A stretch of 61,192 bases of DNA, filler included. It is 6 parts of 6 records of this genome, joined end to end, with 100 filler letters (N's around TTAATTAATTAA, not from the genome) between each part and the next. Parts side by side here need not be neighbours in the genome. Positions count along the whole stretch, not along the records: positions 1 to 18,806 come from SRR2962707_3198; 5 more parts are not named here. The stretch is one strand, 5' to 3'. Shown here one piece after another: positions 1-10,095 of the stretch. Within the stretch, counting starts at the first letter, position 1, and each line of letters begins with the position of its first letter. The notes below the pieces were generated by a model, which searched no databases, was not told the origin of the DNA, and saw only the letters and a program-made list of their open reading frames with translations. The translations under genes and the position numbers were made by a program.

Positions 1-1351
1 GCTGGAGCGTTTCCTGGATGGCGGCGCCAATGCCATGATTCAGGTAGCGGTTACTGTAGTGGCTGTGGGTGCCGTATTCTTTGTGCTGTCGCCACTGATT
101 GCCCTGTTGGCGTTCACACCGATTCCCCTGATCATCTGGGGTGCCTTCTATTTCCAGCGCAAAGCCGGCCCGCTGTACGCAGACGTAAGGGAGAAAGTAG
201 GCGACCTGTCCAGCCGCCTGGCCAACAATCTGGGTGGCATCGCCACAATCAAGAGCTTCACCGCCGAACAGCGGGAAGCCAAACGCCTGAAGGACGCGAG
301 CGAAGCTTATGTTGATGCTAACCGCCGCGCCATTCGTATCAGCTCCGCATTCATTCCGGTCATTCGAATGGCCATTCTGGCCGGCTTCCTGGCCACCTTT
401 ACCGTTGGCGGCATGATGGCGCTGGAAGGCAGCCTGAACGTGGGCGCTTACGGGGTGCTGGTGTTCCTCACTCAGCGACTGCTCTGGCCCCTGACCGGGC
501 TGGCGGAAGTGATTGATCTGTTTGAACGGGCCATGGCCAGTACCCGACGGATTCTCGATCTGCTCGCCGAACCGGTAAACGTCCGGGATGAAGCCGGCAA
601 GTCCCTGGAACAACCCGTTCGCGGAAAGGTTTCATTCAACCAGGTGAGCTTCCGTTACGCTGGCAGTGGCGCGGGTATACAGGACATTACCCTGAATGTT
701 CCGGCAGGCAATACCCTGGCATTGGTGGGCGCAACCGGCTCCGGCAAGTCCACGCTGATCAAACTGTTATTGCGATTCTATGACCCCGCCCATGGTGATA
801 TCCGCATTGACGGCCAGCCCATCCGAGAGGTCAGTCTGAAGTCCCTGCGCGATGCCATTGGACTGGTCAGCCAGGATGTCTATCTGTTTGAAGGCAGCAT
901 CCGTGACAACCTCGCCTACGGCAAACCGGAAGCAAGCGAAGAAGAGATCATGGAGGCCGCTCGGACTGCCGAGGCCTGGTCCTTCATTGAGGGACTACCG
1001 CAAGGTCTGGACACCCCCGTCGGTGAGCGGGGCATTCGCCTCTCGGGCGGCCAGCGTCAAAGGCTGTCCCTGGCCCGGGCGCTGCTGAAGAATCCCCCCA
1101 TTCTGGTTCTGGACGAAGCAACCAGTGCCGTGGATAACGAAACCGAAGCCGCCATTCAGCGCTCACTCAAGCGCATTGGCCATAACCGCACCGTCATTAT
1201 GATTGCCCACCGGCTTTCCACCATTGTGGATGCGGACACCATTGCCGTGGTCGAGAATGGCCGGATTGTTGAGGAAGGCGATCACGACAGCCTGATACGC
1301 AATAACGGAGCTTACGCCGCGCAGTGGCGCGTGCAAACAGGTCAGGCGTGA
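1..1351 (+). CDS. ABC transporter, fused permease/ATPase (MsbA/MdlB-like exporter), 5'-truncated at window edge
   Basis: Frame open from base 2 ([12 protein letters not shown]...); TM helices, Walker [15 protein letters not shown] signature, Walker B ILVLDEAT. Confidence 0.93.
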   Translation, partial: LERFLDGGANAMIQVAVTVVAVGAVFFVLSPLIALLAFTPIPLIIWGAFYFQRKAGPLYADVREKVGDLSSRLANNLGGIATIKSFTAEQREAKRLKDASEAYVDANRRAIRISSAFIPVIRMAILAGFLATFTVGGMMALEGSLNVGAYGVLVFLTQRLLWPLTGLAEVIDLFERAMASTRRILDLLAEPVNVRDEAGKSLEQPVRGKVSFNQVSFRYAGSGAGIQDITLNVPAGNTLALVGATGSGKSTLIKLLLRFYDPAHGDIRIDGQPIREVSLKSLRDAIGLVSQDVYLFEGSIRDNLAYGKPEASEEEIMEAARTAEAWSFIEGLPQGLDTPVGERGIRLSGGQRQRLSLARALLKNPPILVLDEATSAVDNETEAAIQRSLKRIGHNRTVIMIAHRLSTIVDADTIAVVENGRIVEEGDHDSLIRNNGAYAAQWRVQTGQA

Positions 1352-1377
1352 GAAGGTAATGCTGTTTACCGTTTATT

Positions 1378-1396
1378 ATTGATAGGTATTCGCATT
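1378..1396 (+). promoter_or_regulatory. Putative Fur box upstream of fhuC
   Basis: TGATAGG-T-ATTCGCA (1380-1394) resembles the Fur 7-1-7 consensus TGATAAT-N-ATTATCA, about 40 bp before an iron-uptake operon. Confidence 0.7.
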
Positions 1397-1434
1397 TAGA
1401 TTATCCTGCCAGCCACAGAAACAGGGGAATCTGA

Positions 1435-2208
1435 ATGTCCGCGTTTTTTGATGTCCGCGATCTCGCCGTTCACATTGGTAGCACGGCTATCCTTCATAAC
1501 ATTAACCTGGCCTTTAACGAAGGCCAGGTGACCGCCCTGCTTGGCCATAACGGCTCGGGGAAATCCACTTTGTTAAAGACACTGGCCAGGCAGATTCCAG
1601 CCAGTGCCGGTGATGTCAGGCTTGAGGGTAACGCTGCGAAAAGTCTGGGCGCCCGCGCTTTCGCCAGGATTGTCGGCTACCTGCCCCAGCACCCGCCGGG
1701 CACCGATGGCCTGACGGTCCGGGAGCTGATCGCGCTGGGCCGCTACCCCTGGCGAGGCCCGCTTGGCCGCTACAGCGATGCGGATTACGCGCTGATTGAT
1801 CAGGCTATCGCAGACACCGACCTCAAACCTTTTGAACACCGCTCTGTCGACACCCTCTCTGGTGGCGAGCGCCAACGCGCCTGGATTGCCATGTTGCTGG
1901 CACAGCAAACACGCTGCCTGCTGCTGGACGAACCCATCTCCGCCCTGGATGTAAAGCATCAGGTAGAAACGTTGCGCCTTGTGCAGCGCCTTGCCCGCCA
2001 GCGCGAATTGACCGTGATTGTGGTACTGCACGATGTCGATCTGGCCTCCCGCTTCTGCGACCGGTTGGTGGCCCTGAAAGCGGGCCAGGTGGTGGCCGAT
2101 GGCACTCCGGCAGAGATCATGGACAGCCAGATTCTTGAGTCCATCTACAGCGTTCCCATGGGGGTGATGGAGCGGGCGCCGGGGCAATGGGTTTCCTATG
2201 TCCATTAA
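1435..2208 (+). CDS. fhuC: Fe(III)-hydroxamate ABC transporter ATP-binding protein
   Basis: GHNGSGKST, LSGGERQRAWIAMLLAQ, LLLDEP; heads the fhuCDB operon. Confidence 0.92.
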   Translation: MSAFFDVRDLAVHIGSTAILHNINLAFNEGQVTALLGHNGSGKSTLLKTLARQIPASAGDVRLEGNAAKSLGARAFARIVGYLPQHPPGTDGLTVRELIALGRYPWRGPLGRYSDADYALIDQAIADTDLKPFEHRSVDTLSGGERQRAWIAMLLAQQTRCLLLDEPISALDVKHQVETLRLVQRLARQRELTVIVVLHDVDLASRFCDRLVALKAGQVVADGTPAEIMDSQILESIYSVPMGVMERAPGQWVSYVH

Positions 2209-3127
2209 CACGAAAGCCATGATGCTCGGCGCACTGCTCTTTCTGCTGCCGATCGCAGGAACCGCCCAGACCTGGCAACACGAAGGCGGCACACTAACCC
2301 TTGAAGCCCCTCCTGAACGCATTATCGCGCTGAACTGGGCCGCCACTGAAACGCTGCTATTACTGGGCATCACCCCCGTTGGCGTGGCTGACAAAGCCGG
2401 CTACCACACCTGGGTACAGGAGCCGGAACTGCCTGACAGCGTCGCCAATGTCGGCACCAGGGTCGCGCCCAGTCTGGAGGCAATCGCAGAACTGAAACCC
2501 GACCTGATCGTCACCAGCACCGAAATGGCTCCCGCGGCCGAACTGTTGGAGCGGATTGCGCCAACCTACGTCATCAGCGTGTATAAAAAAGACGCCCGTC
2601 CATTCGACAGGGCCCGGGAAATGCTGATAACCTTGGGCGAAATCACCCACCGGATCGACCGGGCCAAATGGGTACTGGCCGATATCGAACAGACCTTGCG
2701 TCAACAGAGGGAGCGCCTGGAGCGGGCTGGCATTACCGAGAAGCCGGTTGCCCTGGTGAACTTTTTGGATGACCGCCATGTCCGCATCTATGCCCCCAAC
2801 GGTCTGTTCCAGACTGCCCTGGAAAACCTTGGGCTTACCAATGCCTGGTCAGATCCAGGCAACTACTGGGGGTTTTCAGCCATAGGCCTTGAATCTGTGG
2901 CAGATGCACGAAACAGCCGCATCGTGGTGATAGAGCCACTGGTTCCGGGCCTGGCTGACAGTCTGGCTAACAGTCCCTTCTGGACCTACCTGCCACCGGT
3001 ACAGAACGACGAGATCTACCGGATTCCCGCTGCCTGGCCTTTTGGTGGGGTTTATCCGGTGAAGCGCCTGGCCATTGCCCTGACCAACGCTCTGATTGAA
3101 GGGGGCAGTGACAATGTCCGCCGTTGA
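2198..3127 (+). CDS. fhuD: Fe(III)-siderophore periplasmic binding protein
   Basis: Signal peptide; PERIIALNW and VGTRVAPSLEAIAELKPDLI motifs of the FhuD family. Confidence 0.9.
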   Translation: MSINTKAMMLGALLFLLPIAGTAQTWQHEGGTLTLEAPPERIIALNWAATETLLLLGITPVGVADKAGYHTWVQEPELPDSVANVGTRVAPSLEAIAELKPDLIVTSTEMAPAAELLERIAPTYVISVYKKDARPFDRAREMLITLGEITHRIDRAKWVLADIEQTLRQQRERLERAGITEKPVALVNFLDDRHVRIYAPNGLFQTALENLGLTNAWSDPGNYWGFSAIGLESVADARNSRIVVIEPLVPGLADSLANSPFWTYLPPVQNDEIYRIPAAWPFGGVYPVKRLAIALTNALIEGGSDNVRR

Positions 3128-5147
3128 ATCCGCTCTGCACACTGTCAGTCGCCCGACGATTCCCGCCAGGCTTCCGATTGCGGTCGCGCTACTCTGGCTT
3201 ACCGCTTTCAGCGCCAGCGCCTTACCCTGGTTCGACCAACTGCACTTTTCACAGCTTCTCGCCGCTTTCTGGACCTTTGATGGCAATCAGTACGCCTCCG
3301 TTCTGGCGCACTTCAGCTGGGCACCGAGGGTCTCCATCGCGATACTGATTGGCTGCGCACTGGGATTGGCAGGAGCTGTTACCCAGCAGGTACTTGGCAA
3401 CCCATTGGCCTCACCCACTACCCTCGGGGTCGAAGCCGGAGGACAATTCGGTGTTACCTTTGCCACCCTGTTTGCACCTGGTTTGCTGGCTTTCAGCCCT
3501 GATCTTGCCGCAGTAGCCGGTGGCTTGCTCGCCATCGGCCTGGTAATAGTGCTCACCTGGCGGCTTGGCTTCTCACCTGTCAACGTGATTCTGGCCGGGC
3601 TGGTGGTGACCTTTTTTCTCGGCGCCATCAACATGGCCTTCCTGCTTCTGAAAGGTGAGTGGCTCGGTAATCTGTTTATCTGGGGCGCGGGATCTCTGGT
3701 ACAGAATAACTGGACCCCATTCTTTGATCTGCTTCCCCGGGTGCTGGTTATTGCCGCGCTCATGCTGGCACTGATGCGCCCGCTACAGCTGCTTCAGCTT
3801 GGTCAGGCCTCAGCAGATTCGCTGGGAGCAAAGGTGTCGTTACTTCGCGCCGCTGCACTTTTCCTTGTGGTACTTATGAGCTCCGTGGTGGTGAGCCGGG
3901 TTGGTCTTGTCGCATTTGTTGGCCTGGCAGCACCAGTATTGGCAAAACTGCTGGGCGCCAGAACACTGACCGAACGGCTGTTCTGGAGCACACTGGCTGG
4001 TGGCGGCCTGCTGTTACTGGCGGATACTCTGGCACAATGGGCGACTGCCTGGGATGGCGGCTCGCTGGTGCCGACCGGCACGACCACCGCTCTCATTGGC
4101 GGCCCGGTTATCCTTCTGGCGCTTCAGGGGTTCCGAAACACTCACCATATGCCTGACCAGGGCAACGGACCTGCGGGCTTTCTGCCGCGCCGCCGAAGCC
4201 CGCTGTTGGTTGCCGGAACTCTGTGCTCTCTGTTAGCCCTGACGATCATTCTTTCCATGAGCTGGTCTCCGGGTCTTGAAGGTTGGAACTGGACCCCGTT
4301 GGCGCAGTGGACAGACGCCTGGGTATGGCGAGGCCCAAGATTAATGGCTGCTATCCTTGCCGGCATGGCTCTGGGTATGGCCGGCACCCTGATTCAGCGG
4401 ATGACCGGCAACCCCATGGGCAGTCCGGAGCTCCTCGGCATCAGTGGCGGTGCAGCGTTGGTGATGGTGGTTATGGTCCTGACCGGACTTGAAATTGGCC
4501 GCCTTGGCCAACTGGCGGCGGCCACGGCGGGTGCCGCCGGCGCTCTGGGCCTGTTACTGCTGCTGGCCCGCAAGCACCAGTTCGCGGGCAACCAGCTGTT
4601 GCTTGGCGGCCTGGCACTGTACGTTTTCATGGATGCCGGCCTGAGACTGGTGATGGCCTCTGGCGGCACCGTTGCAGCGCGCCTGCTGAACTGGATGTAC
4701 GGCTCCACCTGGCTGATCTCGGAATCCGAAGCCTTCGGTCTACTGGCACTGGTGGTAGGCCTTTCGACCTTGCTCTTGCTTGCCCTGCGACCGCTCACAC
4801 TGCTGCCCCTGGGCGAAACATCCGCCTCTGCCCTGGGACTGCGGGTGCCACGGGCGCGACTTCTTCTACTGGTGCTGGCTGCCGTGCTGACCGCGGCGTC
4901 GACTGTAGTGATCGGGCCATTAAGCTTCGTCGGGTTGATCGCCCCGCACCTGGCCCGGGTACTGGGACAACAGACCGTGGGCCGGCAAATGCTGGTCGCA
5001 GCCCTGGCAGGGGGCCTACTGCTTTCACTGGCCGACTACCTGGCCCGGGTTCTGGTGTATCCCAATCAGCTACCCGCGGGGCTGCTGGCCGCCCTGGTCG
5101 GCGGCTTGTACTTCTTGTGGGGGCTAAGCCGTCATGGTCGCGGCTGA
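3114..5147 (+). CDS. fhuB: Fe(III)-hydroxamate ABC transporter permease (double FecCD domain)
   Basis: About 677 aa with two FecCD halves (NPLASPTTLGV and NPMGSPELLGI); start moved to ATG 3114. Confidence 0.92.
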   Translation: MSAVESALHTVSRPTIPARLPIAVALLWLTAFSASALPWFDQLHFSQLLAAFWTFDGNQYASVLAHFSWAPRVSIAILIGCALGLAGAVTQQVLGNPLASPTTLGVEAGGQFGVTFATLFAPGLLAFSPDLAAVAGGLLAIGLVIVLTWRLGFSPVNVILAGLVVTFFLGAINMAFLLLKGEWLGNLFIWGAGSLVQNNWTPFFDLLPRVLVIAALMLALMRPLQLLQLGQASADSLGAKVSLLRAAALFLVVLMSSVVVSRVGLVAFVGLAAPVLAKLLGARTLTERLFWSTLAGGGLLLLADTLAQWATAWDGGSLVPTGTTTALIGGPVILLALQGFRNTHHMPDQGNGPAGFLPRRRSPLLVAGTLCSLLALTIILSMSWSPGLEGWNWTPLAQWTDAWVWRGPRLMAAILAGMALGMAGTLIQRMTGNPMGSPELLGISGGAALVMVVMVLTGLEIGRLGQLAAATAGAAGALGLLLLLARKHQFAGNQLLLGGLALYVFMDAGLRLVMASGGTVAARLLNWMYGSTWLISESEAFGLLALVVGLSTLLLLALRPLTLLPLGETSASALGLRVPRARLLLLVLAAVLTAASTVVIGPLSFVGLIAPHLARVLGQQTVGRQMLVAALAGGLLLSLADYLARVLVYPNQLPAGLLAALVGGLYFLWGLSRHGRG

Positions 5148-5895
5148 GACAGCAACGCAATGGCTGACGGATTACCACAATCTGTTGGCCCGCCACGACC
5201 TTGACGCTACCACTCTGATGGACAGCGCACTGACACCCGCCAACCGCGAACAACCCGCGTTGTTCTCCCTGGCCCAGCTACTGGCAAATCCAGACCTTCT
5301 GCAACAACAGGTCCTCAATGACTATCAGGATGCCGATCATCCGCGACTCCGCAAGGCGCGGCTTTCTGTCCTGCACCAGAGCCTGGCACTTCAGATTATC
5401 GGACCATTGGTGATCCGGCTGTTCAGGGATGGCAGCAGTGCTGCACTCGATCCCCGGCGGGTTTTCCTGTGCCCGACAACATCAACACCAGCGGACCCGT
5501 CTCGCTGGCAATATGCGGCCAGTGAACAGGAGATCCTGGAGCCTGAGGCGTTCATAAGAATTCTCAGTGAACAGATGCAAGACTGGTACGGCGTGTTCCG
5601 CCACCATTTCGGGGTTAGTCCGGGGGCCTATTGGAGCAGCGTCGGGCTGGCGCTGGGTGCGCCCTATTCGGTGGTGTGGAACCGGGTTAATCCGGCAGAG
5701 TTGTGTAAACAGGCCGGCAGCTGGCTGGCGCAGTTCAAATGCGAGGCCAACCGATACATTGACTGGATTCCGGCGGAATTCAGCCAACAGTGGTGCGCCA
5801 TCCCTCAGCGCAAAGGGTGCTGCCTCAAATATTTATTGCCCGGAGGCGGCTATTGCGGGACATGTGGAATCTATCGGAAAGAGCGGATCAGCTAG
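5134..5895 (+). CDS. fhuF: Siderophore ferric iron reductase, FhuF-like [2Fe-2S]
   Basis: C-terminal RKGCCLKYLLPGGGYCGTC is the CC-x10-C-x2-C motif; follows fhuB. Confidence 0.85.
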   Translation: MVAAETATQWLTDYHNLLARHDLDATTLMDSALTPANREQPALFSLAQLLANPDLLQQQVLNDYQDADHPRLRKARLSVLHQSLALQIIGPLVIRLFRDGSSAALDPRRVFLCPTTSTPADPSRWQYAASEQEILEPEAFIRILSEQMQDWYGVFRHHFGVSPGAYWSSVGLALGAPYSVVWNRVNPAELCKQAGSWLAQFKCEANRYIDWIPAEFSQQWCAIPQRKGCCLKYLLPGGGYCGTCGIYRKERIS

Positions 5896-6001
5896 CTCCG
5901 ACCATCGAGACCAGTATCACTCCCAACGCAATCAATCCTATGACGGCACCTGAACCTGCCGCCAGCTTCAATCCATCGAGTATTTCCTGTTCCGGATTCA
6001 T
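5888..6001 (-). CDS. Small single-TM protein, 37 aa (not in ORF track)
   Basis: MNPEQEILDGLKLAAGSGAVIGLIALGVILVSMVGAS*; strong RBS AAGGAGAG just upstream; hydrophobic C-terminal half. Confidence 0.65.
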   Translation of the reverse strand: MNPEQEILDGLKLAAGSGAVIGLIALGVILVSMVGAS

Positions 6002-6028
6002 GCTCACTCTCCTTGAGGCTTGATCACC

Positions 6029-6064
6029 AAAAACCGGGGCAGCCAGCGCAGCGCCGACTGCCCC
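6029..6064 (-). terminator. Rho-independent terminator of the TonB receptor gene
   Basis: Minus strand GGGGCAGTCGGCGC-TG-CGCTGGCTGCCCC followed by GGTTTTT. Confidence 0.75.
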
Positions 6065-6073
6065 ACTCTGTGA

Positions 6074-8251
6074 TTAATACACCCAGGAAACGGTCAGGCT
6101 GGCATTGGCCGGCTCACCGTAGAAACCCTGGGCCGAGGCACCAAATTTCTTCAGGCTTTCGATGTACTTCTCGTCGGTAACGTTGTTTACGTTCAGGGTT
6201 GCATTCCAGTGTCGGGCGAAATCATAGCTTGCCATCAGATCCAGCACCGCATAGCTGTCCTGCTCCGTGACGATGGTCTCACCGGCATTCGGGCCGGTGG
6301 TAGCAACACCCTGTTCCTGGGTAATCTCAGACTGCCAGCGTACCTTGCCACCAAGCTTGAAACCTTCGACCCCAGGCACCTTCCAGGTAGCGCGCAACTG
6401 GGCTAGATGCTCTGGCACGAAGGACTTGGCCCCTTTACCATCCTTGTCCTCAATATCCACATAGGTATAACCGGCGAAGAGCTGGATTCGGTCGGTGAGA
6501 TCACCCACTATTTCGGCCTCCACACCTTGACTGGTCAACCCATCCACAGCGGTGTAGTGAGAATCATTGGTTCCGGCGAACACTCCTTCTGCCTCGGCTA
6601 CGTTCTTCTGCTCAGTCTGGAACAAAGCAATAGTGGTATTCACACGGTCGTTCTGAAACTCACTTTTCAGGCCCAGCTCGTAGTTGACCCCGTCAATCGG
6701 ATCCAGTCGATCACGATTGATGTCCACCTCAGTCTGGGGAGTGAAAATCTCGGTATAGCTGGCGTAGACCGAATGATCGTCATTGATGTCGTAGATCAGA
6801 CCTGCATAGGGTGTTTCTACGGCATCGTAGCTGCTTTCCTTGGTCGCTCCGTAGCTTTCGCCCTTGTTATCCAGCCAGGTCAGACGGAGCCCTGTAATGG
6901 CGGTGAGTTGATCGGTCAGCGACCAACGAGCGGCAGCATAGGTGGACGTTTCGCGGTCAGTCCAGTCAGAGCCGCCGACGCCATTATCAAAAGCAGGCTT
7001 GGGGTAGTTCCCATCCCACTCATTGAGCGGTGGTAAGGGATTCCCGATGCCGCGGCCATAGCGAGACTCGTCCACCGTCTCTGAGCGAGACCAGGATGCC
7101 CCCAAAACCAGCTCATGGGTTCGATCAGCCAGTTGGAACGGGCCGGTAGCGTATGCATCCACGACCCACTGCTCTACATCGAGGTCGTACTGACTGGGGT
7201 AGGCTTTAAGTCCCTCACCCGTTTGGCGATCCGGAGTACCATACTGATAAAAGAGTTCGGACTCACTTTCATTCTCCAGCCGGAATACCGTGCCCGTGGC
7301 TCTCCAGCCACCAGCAAGCTCCTGACGCAATTCAACAAAGCTGTTGTGCTGGGTGTTGTCCCAGTAGGACCAGTCTGAAGCCGTGCTGGTTGAACGCGCA
7401 AAATCCGTCGCTGAGCCATCGGAGTAGAACAAAGGCAGCGCACCCCACAACGGACTGTCCGTATCAGACGTCTGAACGGCGTGGCCAAGCGTCAGCAACG
7501 TGGTATCGGTCAGGTCTGCTTCCAGCACCCCGTAGAACATCTGCTTTTCGTTGTTATACCGGTCCAGGTAGGAGCCTTTGTCCTCATAACCTGCAACCAC
7601 ACGGCCGCGCACCGCCCCGGATTCAGACACGGCACCGGAAACATCACCGACAATCCGTTTTTTGTCCCAGGAACCACCAGTCACCGCAACCGAGGCATTG
7701 GTGTCAGCGGTTGGGCGCTTGCGGATAAAGTTGACTGTCGCGGCCGGGCTGCCGGAACCGGTCATCAAACCGTTGGCGCCCCGAACCACCTCCACGCGAT
7801 CAAAGAAGGCGGTGTCCAGCTCACCCTGAACGTTGTCATATACCGCCGGCATGCCAACACCGTCGTACTGGAAGTTGTTGATATCGAAACCACGTGAGGT
7901 GTAATACGTGCGGTCTGTTTCCACCGACTCTACGGTGACACCGGTGGTGCCTTCCAGAACATCGTTGATGTCGTTCTGGGCGAAATCGTCCATCTGTTCG
8001 CGGGTAATGACTGTGACGGCCTGGGGGACCTCCCGGTGTGACAGCTCCATCTTCATGGAGGTTGTGCTGGCTCCGCTGATGTAACTCTCCGTCGTTTCCG
8101 AGGCCACCTGGCCACGGGTTGCGGTAACATCCAGGGCTTCCAATGCCTTCGGTTCGCTGCCCTGCGCTGCTGCCAGTCCTGGCAGAGTCGCACACATCAT
8201 GGCAGTGATCAGGGTTTTTCTTCTAAATCGGGGCTCCGGATTCAGAGACAT
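6074..8251 (-). CDS. TonB-dependent ferric siderophore receptor (FhuE/FpvA-like, no N-terminal signalling domain)
   Basis: Signal peptide, plug motif DRVEVVRGANGLMTGSGSPAATVNFIRKRP, C-terminal NNVTDEKY...VSWVY. Confidence 0.93.
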   Translation of the reverse strand: MSLNPEPRFRRKTLITAMMCATLPGLAAAQGSEPKALEALDVTATRGQVASETTESYISGASTTSMKMELSHREVPQAVTVITREQMDDFAQNDINDVLEGTTGVTVESVETDRTYYTSRGFDINNFQYDGVGMPAVYDNVQGELDTAFFDRVEVVRGANGLMTGSGSPAATVNFIRKRPTADTNASVAVTGGSWDKKRIVGDVSGAVSESGAVRGRVVAGYEDKGSYLDRYNNEKQMFYGVLEADLTDTTLLTLGHAVQTSDTDSPLWGALPLFYSDGSATDFARSTSTASDWSYWDNTQHNSFVELRQELAGGWRATGTVFRLENESESELFYQYGTPDRQTGEGLKAYPSQYDLDVEQWVVDAYATGPFQLADRTHELVLGASWSRSETVDESRYGRGIGNPLPPLNEWDGNYPKPAFDNGVGGSDWTDRETSTYAAARWSLTDQLTAITGLRLTWLDNKGESYGATKESSYDAVETPYAGLIYDINDDHSVYASYTEIFTPQTEVDINRDRLDPIDGVNYELGLKSEFQNDRVNTTIALFQTEQKNVAEAEGVFAGTNDSHYTAVDGLTSQGVEAEIVGDLTDRIQLFAGYTYVDIEDKDGKGAKSFVPEHLAQLRATWKVPGVEGFKLGGKVRWQSEITQEQGVATTGPNAGETIVTEQDSYAVLDLMASYDFARHWNATLNVNNVTDEKYIESLKKFGASAQGFYGEPANASLTVSWVY

Positions 8252-8304
8252 CTAACGGCTCCTTGGTTGATTAAGACCACGTCATTTTTAAACCCCACTA
8301 TGTT

Positions 8305-8323
8305 AATGCGAATGGTTTAGATT
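8305..8323 (-). promoter_or_regulatory. Putative Fur box upstream of the TonB receptor
   Basis: AATGCGAATGGTTTAGATT shares the AATGCGAAT half-site with the fhuC box. Confidence 0.6.
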
Positions 8324-8464
8324 TGGAACACCAAATGTAAATGATCCGAAATTATCGCGAAACTCTATATCTCCAGAGGCTCGCATCGGCCGCAATACCA
8401 CGACCTGCTATGGTTATTGCAGGTGCTGAAGATCTCTAAGAACAACAGAGAGGCGGAGACGGAT

Positions 8465-9592
8465 ATGTTCAAGCGCAAATTCTGGAAGTGGACTCTGGCC
8501 AGCCTACTGGTCTCGGCAGCCCTGGCCACACAGGCAAACCAGACCTTTCAATCCGAAAAGGCAGACTTTCATCTGGAAACCGTAGCCGCGGGGCTGGAAC
8601 ACCCCTGGGCCATCGCTTTCCTGCCCGACGGATCTGCACTGATTACCGAAAGGGAGGGCCGTTTACGAATTCTGGAAGATGGGCAACTTCGACGTGAACC
8701 AGTCAAAGGCCTGCCGGAGCTAGTCGTTTCGGGCCAGGGTGGCCTGCTGGATGTACTGCTGCATCCGGATTTCGAGGCTAACCGGCTGTTGTTCCTTAGC
8801 TACGCTCACCGTAATCGCGAGGGCATGACCACCCGGGTTGCCCGGGCGACTCTGGCTGACGACTCTTTGCAAGATGTCGAGGTGATCTTCGAGGCTCTTC
8901 CCCGTTCAAACACCAGCCGGCACTTCGCGGGCCGGATGCAGTTTGATCGCGACGGCAATCTATACATCTCAGTCGGTGACCGGGGTGAAATGGATCGTGC
9001 CCAGGATACCGCGGACGATGCCGGCGGCGTTCACAGAATCACCATCAGCGGTGAGCCGGCAGAGGACAACCCTTTTGCCGATCGAAGCGGCTTCAACGCG
9101 TCTTTCTTCACCTATGGCAACCGCAACATTCAGGGTATGACCCGGCACCCACAAACCGGTGAGATCTGGAGCCATGAACATGGCCCCCGGGGCGGCGATG
9201 AGGTCAATATCCTTCGCGCGGGTAATAACTATGGCTGGCCCAAGGTCACCTACGGCATTGACTACTCGGGCCTGCCGATCTCCAGTCGTACCACGATGGA
9301 AGGCATCACGGAACCACTGCATTACTGGGACCCATCCATTGCGCCCTCTGGCATGGCGTTCTACACCGGAGATCTGTTCCCACAGTGGCAGGGCGATCTG
9401 TTTGTCGGCGCCCTGAAGCTTCAGAAACTGGTGCGGTTGTCCCTGGACGGAGAAAAAGTCATCGAGGAGGAAGATCTGCTCACCGACCTGGGTGAACGTA
9501 TCCGCGATGTGCGTATGGGGCCAGACGGCGCACTCTGGCTGCTGACCGACTCCGATAACGGCAAGGTATACCGGATAGTGCCGGCGGATTGA
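8465..9592 (+). CDS. PQQ-dependent sugar dehydrogenase (YliI/GSDH family)
   Basis: GLEHPWAIAFLPDG, GQGGLLDV, GNRNIQG, EHGPRGGDEVN, GNNYGWP, RIRDVRMGPDG; ATG 8465 after GGAG. Confidence 0.92.
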   Translation: MFKRKFWKWTLASLLVSAALATQANQTFQSEKADFHLETVAAGLEHPWAIAFLPDGSALITEREGRLRILEDGQLRREPVKGLPELVVSGQGGLLDVLLHPDFEANRLLFLSYAHRNREGMTTRVARATLADDSLQDVEVIFEALPRSNTSRHFAGRMQFDRDGNLYISVGDRGEMDRAQDTADDAGGVHRITISGEPAEDNPFADRSGFNASFFTYGNRNIQGMTRHPQTGEIWSHEHGPRGGDEVNILRAGNNYGWPKVTYGIDYSGLPISSRTTMEGITEPLHYWDPSIAPSGMAFYTGDLFPQWQGDLFVGALKLQKLVRLSLDGEKVIEEEDLLTDLGERIRDVRMGPDGALWLLTDSDNGKVYRIVPAD

Positions 9593-9595
9593 GGC

Positions 9596-10009
9596 TCAGT
9601 GCGGGTCGTTGGTTCTTTCGGTTTTTTCGAACTGCGGAAGGTTGTCGGTGATCTCGAACCAGTCGGATTTCGACCCCACATAAACGTGCTGGGCCGCCTG
9701 TTTTCCCAGCGGCTCATTGATCACGCCAATTCGCAGCCGGAGGATGCCCGGAATAGCGTCGACCCGGCTGTAAAGAGGGCTTCCACAACGGCTACAGAAG
9801 GCCCGGTATTTGCCAGGTCGGGATTCAAATTCGGTGATCCGGTCCTCACCGGCCGTAAACCGGAACCGGACAGCCTGAACCGGCGCACTGGCTGAAAAGG
9901 CACTGCCATGATTGCGGCGGCACTGGCTGCAGTGGCACAGCGCCACGGGCCCTATTGGGCCATCGTATTCAAACTGGATATCGCCACAAAGGCACTGGCC
10001 GGTATACAT
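9596..10009 (-). CDS. GFA family (CENP-V/Mss4-like) Zn-binding protein
   Basis: GQCLCG, CHCSQCRR, FCSRCGSPL; ATG 10009 after AGGAG. Confidence 0.9.
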   Translation of the reverse strand: MYTGQCLCGDIQFEYDGPIGPVALCHCSQCRRNHGSAFSASAPVQAVRFRFTAGEDRITEFESRPGKYRAFCSRCGSPLYSRVDAIPGILRLRIGVINEPLGKQAAQHVYVGSKSDWFEITDNLPQFEKTERTNDPH

Positions 10010-10095
10010 AACGCTCCTGACTCCGCGAAGACTCACTGTTCGCGCAGATGATACCGGCTGGCAGCCGGATTAGCAGCCCCGATTCCGCAAACTCG

